From assembly GCA_035084275.1 (NCBI GenBank), contig CM068768.1, forward strand, positions 2,976,001 through 3,040,000: 64,000 nt of DNA. Direction: 5' to 3'. Position numbers and translations under genes: made by a program. This document shows, one piece after another, positions 48,140 to 60,849 of this stretch. Within the stretch, counting starts at the first letter, position 1, and each line of letters starts with the position of its first letter. The stretch is from Hydrolagus colliei (taxonomy: Eukaryota). Under the pieces are notes generated by a model. The model did no database searches. It was given only the letters and a program-made list of their open reading frames with translations, and had not been told where the DNA came from.

Positions 48140-49380
48140 ACCCATTGTTTTTTTAAAAAAACGCCGACATAAAGAGAAAAACAACGATCGTTCTTCAATA
48201 TGAGGCTCAGGGCAGTTGCGTAAACGTTTAAGAGTTTTAAGTCTAAATTCTCATGAACTAATTAACATTCGTCGTGCTACATTTTCACATGTCTCACAGT
48301 GATACTACAAACTCTTTCGAAACAGCCTGTGTGAACTCGTATGTATAATGCCAGAGGACAATGATGTAACCAGGGAATCGGTTCTGATGTGGCTTCTAGT
48401 GTTAACCATAACAAAAGATAAAAAGCGACTCCCATTGAAATCCAAAAACTGTCTCCGGAAACAATTGCAAACTACTGTACTTCTCCCTGGCACCGAGTTT
48501 AAATGTTGCCCTACTTGTTAAATATTTAAGTATTCGAGTAATAGGAACGAGCCCCAAATCTCCCCTTTAACCTGTCACTTATTCAGCACAGGTTAGCTTC
48601 AAAAGTCAGCATTTTTTAATTTCAGCAAGTGGGTGATCCAATGAGAAATGGATATTTATGGCCCAGATTTCGCAAAAGCGAGTGTTTATGATGTTTAATT
48701 CGTTTAATGTTGCACATTTGAATGTCATGCAAGTTCCCCCACCCCTCCCAACCCTAACCCTAACCCCATCACCACTATAAAAAGTCAACTACAGCATTAG
48801 CTTCGGAGTTCATCTCGAGTAAAACTGGAAATTAGGTGAATTCGGATTCACATGTATTTGACAACCTTGGATATGATGATTTGTTTTATATAAAAAAGAA
48901 GTTATTTCAAAGGGCGAAGTATGTTCTGAGCGGCCAGGGCCCTCCGCCATCTGCTCTTCACAACTTAGTGCTATTTGCGCTTGTTTTGTAAGCGCGTTTG
49001 CCCTCCCCATGTGATGTCCTTTGATGTGGAGCCAACTACCCCCACAACATTAACCCAGGCTTCTTTGATGGCAAGCAGCAAGTGGGGTTTTTGTCATTCG
49101 TGTTGCTGAAGTTGGAAGTGTTTTATTATTTAAACTCTTAACCCTGAAATTAATACTCAACTTGCATTTGTTAAAACAAAATGGGTGGATGGTGGGGGGA
49201 GGGGACGGGGGTGGGGGTGGGGTGCGGAGAAGCTGGAAAAAAGAGCCACTGGTTGTCTCAATACCTCTCAACATTTCAGTTCCTGCATCGATTTAACGCA
49301 TTCTTCGCAACAAAATCTCAGTTTTGCCTTTTCTGCACCAAATTGTCATTTCAGCTTCGACAATGTGTACAGCGCGTTTT

Positions 49381-49497
49381 AATAATAATAATACTCCTCA
49401 GATTGGATGTACCGCATTATCACGTCTTAGAGACGTCCCAAAGCGCCTCATGAAATTTAGTGTGGAGTTAATTGACTGTATATTGTGTGGGCGAATT
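49381..49497 (-). mobile_element. SINE 3' fragment
   Basis: (AAT)n then ATCACGTCTTAGAGACGTCCCAAAGCGC, the reverse complement of the SINE tail at 40430-40487. Confidence 0.7.
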
Positions 49498-50426
49498 TGC
49501 TTTGAAAATTATTTCGGGGCAATCGCTGGAGGTGGATGATAACTGTTCTCCCAAAATCAGAACAGTGTGAGCAATTCTGGAGATAACGGGACAACTATTA
49601 CTGTATAATAAACCACAAGCGACAACCAAGTTAGACATTGTCTTTACCAAACACATAATATAACTAAAGTGTCCATAATGTGGAACTCTATTGTTTTACA
49701 CGATTAAAGGAACTAGTTCGGTTTTCTCATAAGCTGTTATTTTAAAATATGTCAATTCCAATTCAAGATTGTTTAACATATAGATAATCGAGTCATCCCA
49801 TTGAAATCTTAACTTCCTCCTTTAGTCCCACCGACAGGAAGCGGTAATATCGTTCAAATGAATTTAGTTAACACTTTATTGAGTCATTGAAAGATGACTC
49901 GACAGCAGCAGCGCAGAAACCAGTCCCATTTTATTATAAGTGAAAAATTTAATTTGGGATCACCCAATTAAATAATCGGTGTCCTGCGTTAAGGTCCAAA
50001 GAGAAGAAAAGCAATGGTGTAATTTTGAGTAACCAAGCGAACTGGAGAAAACTGATTTTTAAACTAAACTGAACTGCATGATTTAATTGCACCCCCACCC
50101 CACCACCATCACACACACAGATGCTTGAACGATGAGTTTCAAGTAGTGTTTGAAGAGAAGGATGGATGCTCCCCTGACAGCGAGTTTTTCGTTTTAATTA
50201 CTGATCACCACCCGTCCCTTTGTCTGGAGCACCAGGTAAATGAGACTTTACATTGAAAAGGATGCGGAAGTGTCTGTACACTTTTCAGCTCCTTTAAGTT
50301 TACATTTGCTTGACAGGACCATTTCAGCCAAGCCATCAGAAGGACTCCTTCAATATTTACTCAGGCTGAAAGGTTTGCCCAGGGCAAGCCACAAGAAGCC
50401 AGCTCTGCTCTCCTTCTCTAGGGCTC

Positions 50427-50443
50427 GGTTCACCGAGAGTTCA
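50427..50443 (+). promoter_or_regulatory. Hoxb1 3' DR5 RARE
   Basis: GGTTCA-ccgag-AGTTCA, a perfect DR5 5 kb after the stop. Confidence 0.88.
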
Positions 50444-51253
50444 TGACGAAATTAATTCAGCAGTCTGGGTCACTCTTGATTAAGCGTTTCTGGCTTCTAG
50501 CTGAGGGTCAGCTCTAGGGTAGGCGAACCTTTCTCGCTATTTTTCCCCCTGACCACGAGCGGAGCAGTGGAATAAAACAAATCTCCTTCGTTTAAAACAA
50601 GCCTCAACAATTATTTGGAAAGATTTGGAAGTGACACGATACAGAGCAAATAGCAACTCCTTTTAGATTTGGGAAGGTCAAAGGTCGGACCTTGGCTGAA
50701 TAAATGAATAGTTAATGATACTTTATTGGCGACTCCGACCACGCCTCTGGGAGGCAAATTTTTGAAATTCCGAAATTTATTTTTATTCTATACTTAAGGG
50801 GATTTTCGTTGATCTGCGGCGAAATAGTTTTAATTATTTAAACAGCTCCTGACATATTGCATCCAAAAATCATCAATATTTGATATAAGCCAACATTGTG
50901 CGACTAAAGAGTAATATTCTACGCAAAATCTGCCTTAAATGAATCTGTATTGCAGTAATGAATGTTCTCATTTGGCGTTTTTTTGTGCTGGGGTCAAAAA
51001 AGCTACGTTCCCATCTATCAAATAAACAAGACGTTACGGTAATAACAAGGGAGAATCAAGGGCCATGCAATATATTATTAAACCCATAAATTCTTATTCA
51101 TTATATTATGAAAAACAGGAGGGGAAAAAATAAATGACTGGAAGAAAATATAAACCATTTCAAATTTAAACATTTTTTATCACTGATGATGAATATTTTG
51201 TTTTTCATAACAAGGTTGTCATCTCAATCTGTTGAAGGGATAAACCAAACAGT

Positions 51254-51370
51254 TAATAATAATAATCTTTGCATTTGCTATACTGCCTTACCAGGTCCTC
51301 AAGACTTCTCAAACCGCTTCACAGGATTCACTGTATAAAGTGAATTGACTATATATTTTGTAGGAAAAAC
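51254..51370 (-). mobile_element. SINE 3' fragment
   Basis: (AAT)n CTTTGCATTTG...CTCAAACCGCTTCACAG...AAAGTGAATTGACT, the same tail family. Confidence 0.7.
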
Positions 51371-52097
51371 AAATTCGAGTCTGAATCCAATTTGTATTTT
51401 TGTTACTTAAATGAGTAAAAGCGCTGGGAAGAAATTGTAATTAAAACAAATCATGTGGAAAGTTACCGAACATGTCTGACCATAGAAAGGTGCTGTTTCT
51501 ATCACGATCCTAAAATAGAAAAAGATTCTGGGTTAAATAAATGAGCTTCCGTTCAATTTGAGCCAACTAGCCCAATCTAAACCGACAAAATCAGCACTGT
51601 GTGTCCAGAGTGATAAGAAAATTGTAATAATTTCGAGTAGACAAAGTTCATAGCGTTAAATTTTGAGAAAGTGCATTTTTCCTTTTCTTCTCAGCAAACA
51701 AATTGTTTCTGCTTTGTGAGAGAGACTCACGGAAGCAATTTTACATGTTTATTTAGGTCAGGAAGAAATTCTCATCTTGAAACCACTGTTATTTAGTGGT
51801 TCAATTAATTAATTACTGTATTTTTAAGATAGATTTTTTTTTAAAAGCAATAAATTGGAACATTTGCACCAATATTTTCCATCCAACCCTGCAAGCTTAT
51901 TTTGTGCGATACGTTTGATTAAAAGACGTCTGCAATACAGTGTGGAATCATTACTTATTTCTATTGTTTGTTTGTGAGTTTATTACATTGCTATTCATAT
52001 ACTAGCATTAGTATTACCGTATTCAGATGCTTTCTGGGCGGTGATATTCACTGCAAGAGAATATACTAATAATTTTTCCATTAAATTCATGACTGCT

Positions 52098-52241
52098 TAT
52101 GGGATTCTGCTGTGAGCAATTCGTTGCCGCGTTTCACCCACTCAATACCCAGTGAATTCACCTTACAGTATATTCTGTGAAGTGCTTTGAAACATCTCGA
52201 AGACGTGATAAGGCGCTATATCAAATGCAAGGGTTAGTATT
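52098..52241 (+). mobile_element. SINE body and tail fragment
   Basis: GCTGTGAGCAATT...GCCGCGTTTCACCCA...GTGAAGTGCTTTGAAACATCTCGAAGACGTGATAAGGCGCTATATCAAATGCAAG. Confidence 0.78.
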
Positions 52242-53997
52242 AGATACACGTCCATTTATTTGTTGCCATGTGAAACCCATAGCATTGACACCTTGTCTAA
52301 AGGGGAAAAATAAATGACTTTTCTATAATCTACCTCGGGATTTTGCTGTGATGTCACGGACAGATATGGAATGACAACCCGACCTGACTGTTCAGTGCAT
52401 TGGGACGCCCTCCCTACGTGAAGGGCGTTGTATAAACGTAATTTTGTTGTTGTTATTTTGTTGTTGTTACCTGTCTCGAAATAGTAACAGAGTCATCACC
52501 TGACTGGAGGCAGCGCGGCTGAGGGCACTGCTTATCTGCATGTACACCTGTCTAAACAAGCACACGCCTCCGGGAGCAGGTCCCAGTGCAAACCAATACA
52601 ATCAACATGCCCATCTCTGCAATTGGGAAGAGATACATCAATACAGGCATCATAAAGATTATTTATTATTACTTCTAAAATTCCATCTGATAAAAAAAAC
52701 GCATTCATTTGACAAGAGGATAAATCAGTGGATTCATATAATGATCTACGCATTCTCCCTCTCTCGCTCTGTTTGTCTATCTGTGTTAAATGGAAAGAAT
52801 ATAGTTGCCTTTGCTAATCTCAAAGCCACAGGATTTGACTGCAAGTGACTGTGCATTTTAGTACGAATGACGTAAGTTAATTTGCCCACAGCAATAATCA
52901 AACCTTGCAAAGAAATCTGGATTGTGTACCTGGATGTACAGTATTATTTCAGAGAGAGCCGCGCGATAATAACCCCATTTTAAATGGAATTCAATAGAAT
53001 TTCAAAATTAATATAAGACAACACAAAATGTATTACAAATTAGTGACCTGCCTCTGAGAACAAGGTATCTCTGAGGAAACAAACCTTCAACTCGACATAG
53101 AATGGCCGGATGAGGAAGCTGCTTGCAATCTGTAAATGCTGAATTTGGGATTTTTAAAAAACACATTTAGTGAATGCAGTTGGTTCTGTTTCTTGTACAC
53201 AAAAATCCAGCATCCTCCTTCGCCTCAATTCATGCAACCTGCGTCCTATAATATGCTCCGAATCCTACAACTGTTAAACCAATTCCAAATAATGTATCCT
53301 ATAAGTATATCTACAACGCTGAATCTTTCCAATACTCCAAATTCCGCATCCCTTTGATAATACTGCATATTCCAAATCCCATTATTGTTATGCATACACA
53401 TTGATATATTCTATGAAAATATCCCACCAAATCCCAAAGCCTTAGCCAGAGAATGTAACTCAAATCCCGAAATCCAAGAGGAAAGGAAAAAAACTGCCAG
53501 AGGGAGAAGGCGATACTTGCTTTAAAAAGTACAGATTAAAACGGCCAAATAATGACTAGTTTGCTTATTGCGTTTTGTTGGGAGTCAACATTTTGCAGGT
53601 TATATTTTGCAGTGACACCTCTGGCTATATTCCTTCCACATTGAAGCCGGTATTCAATACCCCACAATATCTTTTGCCCAAACCAAAGGCTGTCTGTTCA
53701 ATAAATATTTTATTGTCCGACTTTTTTTTGTCAATCATAGTAAATGTAGTTACGTTTCTTCGATAAATAAAGTAGCCACTAAATGTTTTGTCTTCTGAAA
53801 TTTAAACAGCGGAAGGAACTTCCTGTGAAACAAACACCACTGGAAGTTCACTTATCAGTTAGTTGGCGACCTGTTTCATGTGAGTTTCAGGAATCCATCC
53901 CGTTTTCACTGTTGACAAACCGATGCCATTCTAGGAGGTCACAACCAGCAAAGAGCTGATAGAATATAGCTGCTGGAAGAATGGACTTTAAATACAC

Positions 53998-54115
53998 ACT
54001 GTGTTTCACCCACGAAATGTACAGACAATTCAATTTAAAGTGTATTCTGTGAAGCGCTTTGAGACGGTTCAATGATGTGATCAGGCGCCATGCAATGAAT
54101 ATTATTGTATTATTA
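53998..54115 (+). mobile_element. SINE 3' fragment
   Basis: TTTCACCCAC...GTGAAGCGCTTTGAGACG...GATGTGATCAGGCGC. Confidence 0.68.
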
Positions 54116-55608
54116 CTTTAAGTAATACAACAATTTTTAAAAAATGTACAGTACTGTACATTTACTGTAGATTTTCTACTACTGATATACTTGGGAATAA
54201 CATTAGTTCAATTCCAGAATAATAAAAACGTAAAGTTTGAATTTTGAAATGAATAATCAAATGAACACGAAACATATCGAAATGAGAGGAAATTTTCAAA
54301 CTGCCCGGGAGTATCGTATGTAAACAATTTCAAGGCTACTTAAATCTGTTAAATCCCCGACTTGAAATATAGTTACACGGAAATGGTATAAACCAACAGT
54401 CTGTCATTTGATGAGCAACAACACGTTATGATCCTAACTATTTCACAGGTGAAAATAGCCAAGAGCGAGATGTGCTAAATAACAACTAAATAATTATGCT
54501 TTAGCTTTAGGGTGTTTCAAAAGAAGCTGGAAATGTCTGACACTAGATTTGATGATCCAATCAACAGTAAAATCCTTGCTCAAATCTTGTGATATTTAAT
54601 TCTCCCTTGGTAATAACTTCACAACACAAACGGTTTCAGAATTAACCGTCTTCTCAACACCCTCTGAGCTCTCGAGAGAAGTTAATTTCTCTGGTACATT
54701 TGTTTGTACATATATACATATACACTACCCCCCCCCTCCCCCCCCCCCCTCCCCCACCCCACCCCCCCACACACACACACGTACATACAGTCACTACAGT
54801 CACTACAGGTCACAGTAAAATCATGTGAAGCCATCTGAGACACGTCAAGGACGTAATAAGTAATGGGTTCTGTGTGAAAATTAAGGATTGTTATTATTTT
54901 TATCATGATTTCAGAATAAAAGTACAACTGCATCGCTAACATTAAGCCATTATTAGATACAATTTGTGCGTATATATCACAATCGCATCTCTAGAGAAAT
55001 CGTATATTTAAAGAATATATACATGGAGAACAAGTGCCGAAATTAAAATAGCTGTGAAGACGTGAATGGTTTGAATGGAAGGCAGATACTGATTTGAAGG
55101 AAGTGTAAGGGAGACTCGTAATATGGAGTGAGTTCGGCTTTGACTGCCTTTCAACACTTCACTTTCATTATTCCATTTTTCACCACTAACATTAACTTTC
55201 GGTATGAGATGGAAAGTCACATTTTACCCCCAAACGCAACGATAATTACCTACGTTCCTAAATAATTTAAAAAAATTAACAGTAAGCGTGGCCGCGAGAA
55301 AATGATATGTTTCACTCCGGCAAGATCTAACTTGTACAGGCACAAATGAAATGTTTAATATTTTACTATCTATTAAGGAAACAGTACGGCTGATATTTTA
55401 CTTGGGAAATCCTTTGCGAATATTTGAAATCACCCAATTCTCAAACAAAAATCGCTCCACCAGTCAAACCCCACATAAATCTTCCAAGAGAATATAAATG
55501 TATAACATACACACATATTTATATAAATATACTGTACCGTGAACTGCACATCAAAGCTTTCTTATGTGTTGTAAGATCACTGGATCTGTATAATGCAATA
55601 ATTTGTAT

Positions 55609-55720
55609 TTAATAATAGTAATTCTTGTATTTGATATAGTACTCTGTGAAATATTTTAGACGCCTCAAAGCGCTTCACAGAATATACTGTAGAGTAAATT
55701 GACTGTATTTTGTGGGAAAA
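55609..55720 (-). mobile_element. SINE 3' fragment
   Basis: CTTGTATTTGATATAGT...CTCAAAGCGCTTCACAGAATATACTGTA. Confidence 0.7.
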
Positions 55721-58167
55721 ACGCCCCTAACCCCAGCACATTGTTAAAGGATAAGTACCTCTTCACATCGACCTGTCCTTAGCAGTGGTGATAATCCTTA
55801 TCGCCAGTGTTTCACTAAACCACACATGTGGCAAACGCACTTAATATTCTGAAACAATATTATTTCAGATTTCCAGCGGCTATAGCATTTTACGTTTTTG
55901 CATTTAATAGTTTGCCTTCAATGATTCTGAGCCAGGTTGTATTACATTATTTTATTAGCAGAACACGAGTTACATTACTAATGTACCATATGGATACCAT
56001 AATCAGGAACCCCCAAATTAATATAGACGCAGAAGACATGTATAAACATATAGGTAATTATGGGCCAAAATTGACATAAGTTTACATATTCCTGTAAATG
56101 CAGAATCCCCGAACCGGCAGAAATAACAGTAGATAAATAAATAGCATATAAAACTATCTATAATTTCTTTATAGCCATGTGTACGGAAATATTAGTGCAC
56201 TGATACGCATATATATTCATATATCTACAGTTTTTTTGCCTATACTCATATGATGAGTATATAGTTTATATATATATATATCGTTTCTCTCCTACATGTA
56301 AAATCATATAAGTTCTTAGCTTTTATTTACTTATCCTAGAAGGACTGATTGATGCTAGTAAAATTCTACATTTACTGAAAGATTCACTGAAAGTCAAGTT
56401 AATAATAACGTTTCCCTGAGCCGCAGGTTTGGTATTAGTTAAATTCTGAGAATGTAAATGCTATTCAGTATCAGTGGATTTCATTCCATTTTGATTTACA
56501 TTAAACATTTTGTCCAGTAAAGTAAAGGCAAGTCTGAAAAAGGACTAAACGTTAGGAAATTTTAGAAAATGCAGACACACAATAGAGATCATATTTAATT
56601 ATTTTGGTCAAAATAATTACAAGTGTTTCAAACCAGGGACATTTTTCGCGGTGGTCACCAATTCATAAAACGCTGTGATAACTAATGCCGAATCAGCACT
56701 GACCAGTGAAGATTTTTTCACCTAGAAAAGTGTCCGAGTGAAGCTGTTTGTTACAATGAAAATTACACGCGAAAATGCTTCCCTGATCTTATCGCACTGC
56801 AACTGTTTGCAGGTGCGAGACGTGAGAGTGGAATAGGCCTGAGAGAGGAGCGAATGTGGACAGTCCTCTCCTTACGACGTCAGGGGTTGAGAGGCGCTGA
56901 ATATTACTTGTGGCTGGGATGTCCAGAATAAATTAAGATAGACTTTCATTCCGAATCGCAATCGATGTCCTGAAAGTTTACAGTGAGTAAGTCGAAAATC
57001 AATTTGACAATTTAATTTACAATATTGTGTAGTATAAGCCACGACGCAGAGAGATGGACCAGACCGTATTGCATACAACGTATTGTGAAATATTTATTTT
57101 TTATTATTAATATAAATTTATTTTAACCAACAATGAGAGGTGTAAATCGTCGAGAATATACGTGTATTTTAAACTGTCTGTTTTCGAGTCAATTCTATGA
57201 TCTCTTTCAAAATCCTAGTGAAAGTACAACCGAAGCGCCTTTGGGTCAGTTTAAGCTGAAAGGGTTATCACTGTGCAAATGCTGGGACTCAGTTAAACCC
57301 GTTTGAAGAAAAACAGATGTGACTTGCAGTAAGTTACAGCCTCTGGACCTTGGGCGTGCGCACACACCATTAAAACAACATCAAGCACTTGTAAAAGGTG
57401 ATATTGGAAAAGCAACAGCGATTAGGCTAACTGATTTTATTGGATTTTTACCAGAAAAGTGCAAACCCAGAACCGATAGTCGTTTTGTTGCGCAATCATT
57501 AAGCTCCTGATAACAAGGTAAAAGTATATTGGATAATTGCAATCCAGTTCCTCTTGGCCATTCAGATTTTTAAGATTAATTGCCTTCTCAATTTAAGCAA
57601 CAAAATGATCCTAACAACATCATAAAGCGTGTATAATCCAATTTGCAAAACTGCGCTTAGCAGCTCCAATAAATATACAACTATTTCCTGATAAGACTGC
57701 ACTAATGATGTCACAGAGGAGGTTAATTGCATAATAATGGATAATAAGATGTGAACGTGGGTTTTAACCCTTCAGCAATTATTTAGACAGTGAAAAGTCA
57801 AGTACTGTTAGATGCACGAACACAGAGAAGGGGGGGAAGGGGGGGGAAGGGGAAGAGTCTTGTTCATTATTTCAATCAAATCTTAGGCCTGAAATTGTCA
57901 AAGGGCATTTTGAATTTTGAAAACGTCTTCCATTTAGTTCTGATTTAGAAGCCTGTATTACCTGTATTACCTTCCTCAAAATAATTGTAGGAAACTGGCT
58001 TTCAAATGAATAGTGAATTTAATAATTTTAAAGACTTTTGGAAATCTCAAGCTACTTGTTTCTTATGATTATTTAATTATTTAAATAAGGCAGAAATATG
58101 CAGGCTTATTAATTCTGCAATGATGGTTAGCACAGAGCTTTTCAGAGATCAAATCCACAGATGACAT

Positions 58168-58525
58168 TCATAATAATATCCTTGCATCTGGTATAATGCC
58201 TTATCATGTCGGAAGAATGTCTCAAAGCGCTTCACAGAATTTACAGTGAAAATGAATGTGTATTTGTAGGCAAACGTGATAGCACAATGGTACACAACAA
58301 TTTCCTTCAAACAGTCACAAAACAATTGCACAATTTTATTTGGGAGTTATTGGCCAGGGCACCAGCCAGGTCACACTTCTCTTTTCAAATCGTGCCACAA
58401 GATTTTTAATATCCACCTGAACAGGCAGGTGGGACCTCAGTTTAATGTCTCATCCAAAAGATGCCACCTCTGATAACACAGCACCTCCCCAGCACTGCAA
58501 TGGAGTGTCAGCCTGGATTGTGAGT
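58168..58525 (-). mobile_element. Deu-domain SINE body (SacSINE1-like); probable detached head at about 59375-59430
   Basis: The reverse strand reads CCAGGCTGACACTCCATTGCAGTGCTGGGGAGGTGCTGTG...TTTTGGATGAGACATTAAACTGAGGTCCC, resembling the Deu domain as I recall it. It carries the shared tail. Confidence 0.7.
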
Positions 58526-58527
58526 TA

Positions 58528-58830
58528 ATAATAATAATTATCATACTTGCATTTAATATAGTGCTGTTCACATCTTCTAGACGTCTCAAAGCGCTTCCCA
58601 GAATATAGTGTACAGTGAATTGATGGTATAAATGTGGGCAAAATGGAGCAGCCAATTTTGCGCAGCAGTGTCCCACAAACAGTAATTGATTGAAGTAACT
58701 AATTTTTTTTGAGGGATTATTATCAGGCGTGAGGAGTATGAAAACGTGCCAAGGTTTCACCTTGCTTGTAATCGAACCCAGGTCTCTCACTTGCAAGGTG
58801 AGTGCTCTAACCACTAAGCTACAGGACTCC
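58528..58830 (-). mobile_element. Full-length tRNA(Ala)-like SINE
   Basis: The reverse strand starts GGAGTCCTGTAGCTTAGTGGTTAGAGCACTCACCTTGCAAGTGAGAGACCTGGGTTCGATT: A box, CTCAC/GTGAG stem with a CTTGCAA loop, B box. It ends in (ATT)n. Confidence 0.88.
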
Positions 58831-58851
58831 GCATATATATATATGATGCAT

Positions 58852-59245
58852 ATAATAATCCTTTGCATTTGATATAGTGCATTATCACATCTTCAAGATG
58901 TCTCAAAGCATTTCACAGAATATACTGTAAAGTGAATTGACTGTATTTTGTGAGTGAAATACAGTTTGTGTATATTTTATACATGATATATATTATATTA
59001 ATATAGGAAAACTTTGTCTCCGAAGTTCAGCCATGAAACAAAGTAAATTTACATATCTCTAACCAAAGTATAACTCCGCCATTCAGACATGCTGCTAACT
59101 TAACATGATAAATCAGTGTCACAAAGATCAACAGGCCTCAGACTGCCTGCCTGCAAGGTGACGGTTTCAGTTTGCATGCTGAGAAAAAACAAGAGTGTAA
59201 AAGTGAAAGAAAGTTTTGTATTTACTGTACAGGTGGGAAAGGAAG
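58852..59245. repeat. Copy 2 of the ~390 bp direct duplication
   Basis: Collinear with 47744-48139 over its whole length, with scattered substitutions and small indels. Confidence 0.92.
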
Positions 59246-59677
59246 GCTATAACATTCTGCATTTCTATGAATAAATCCTTAAATATCTTGGGAAATAAAA
59301 ATAATACTGGAGTTAACTAAGCAACAAAGAGCTTTCCCCTGAATGCATATAAAAGTACCAACTTTTATTGCGGTCCCCCGATATGGGATTTGTACCCACA
59401 ACCTTCTGACTTAGAGACGAGAGTGGCAAGCAATATCCTGAGTGTTTTTCAGCACCCTATAATCACATGCTTTATATCACCCCAGGGATCCTCTGAATGT
59501 GGCTGCAGTGAGAAGCACTCCCTCTAAGATTAGAAAATAGAATCTTCTCACTTAAAAAAGTAAACAGTATATATTACAGAAAATATGAGAGACCAGGGAG
59601 CAAATTTAAAACTGTAATTCAATCTTAACCACTCACTTCATTTGCTCACTTTCTTCTCCTGCTTCACCCTGTCATCC

Positions 59678-59918
59678 AAACCCATTAATTAGATTCCAGG
59701 CTATAACTAATTGCCCGGAATCCATTATGTTATGTATCTGAACCCTTGATTAGGTTCCAGCCCTGTAATTCACTCCCAGGTATGGGTTATTCTTTATATA
59801 AACTAATCTGAATCTTGGGTTAGATTACAACTTGTAATTCCCAAGTATTTACTAGACTATATATAAACTATTTGTACTCTGGGTTTGATTACAGTTTGTA
59901 ACTTGGTCCCAGGTATCC
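59678..59918. repeat. Degenerate tandem repeat, about 4 units of 60-75 bp
   Basis: Recurring frame TTAGATT(C/A)CAG..TGTAA(C/T)T...CCCAGGTAT...TATATAAACTA. Confidence 0.6.
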
Positions 59919-60849
59919 AAGCTAGCGTGTTTGATAACACTGTCTGATGGTAAGTGGGACTTTATGTGCTTACATCTCTAATTCACTGATGGAGAGGTAT
60001 TGATCTCCACACGGCTGCCATGAAAGCACCCTGGCTGCTTATTGAGCACCATTTGCTCTGACACACTCTCACAGACAGCAAATAAGCACCTGAAACACGC
60101 AGAATCTTTTGCTGATACCTAATCCTGAGGGATGAAATAACTAGGAAATGTTAGTTTAAATTCTTGGCCTGATGTTTTCCCACTTGAGCGCAAGGATTTT
60201 ACGAAAAACAAATCCTTGGGCAATTTTCACCCCAGATCCAAGTCCACAGAACAAAACTGCCTATCATTTATTACTAGATATCAGTTTTACTGAGGGCCAG
60301 AATTTAAACACGCTATTTGTGAAAAGAGTAGATAAAGCTTTGCTCTATATCTAACTTGTTCTTCACATGACTTGGGAGTTCACCAATACAGTATTGTATT
60401 TGATTCTATTCCCCAGCCTTGACAGCCTTACTCTCAGAAGGCCATAAATGAGGACAAACAAAAATTGGGGAAAAAATCATGGTTGTTCAGTCTTGATACA
60501 TCATGTCAAGTTCACAGCAACTCCTGATATAGTTGCTATTCATCAGACATCTGATACCAATCTCTGAAACTCAATGGTTTTACCCTCTGCTGATTAAACA
60601 CGGGCAGCTCTACACACATCATTGCAACTGCCAACTAACAACCATTCTATTTATTTTGTCCATCAATTTTTCTCTTCCAATTTCCTCAACTCATTCCTTC
60701 TCTCCTGAAGGCGCTTGGCTCCCTTTTTCATTTACTGCATTACAGTTCTCAGCAGTACCTCACACAAGTAATTATTATTCATACGTGAACCTTGACAAGT
60801 TACTGAACCACAGCTGAGGCCTCACCTGCCTTCCATGCACATGCTGTAT

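Noticed and set aside
48751-48767. CCCTAACCCTAACCC telomere-like repeat
   Set aside because: Only about 2.5 units within C-rich low-complexity sequence.
58760-58830. Possible tRNA-Ala gene (also 40211 and 60850)
   Set aside because: There is no acceptor-stem closure, and it continues into a SINE body and tail, so it is a SINE head.
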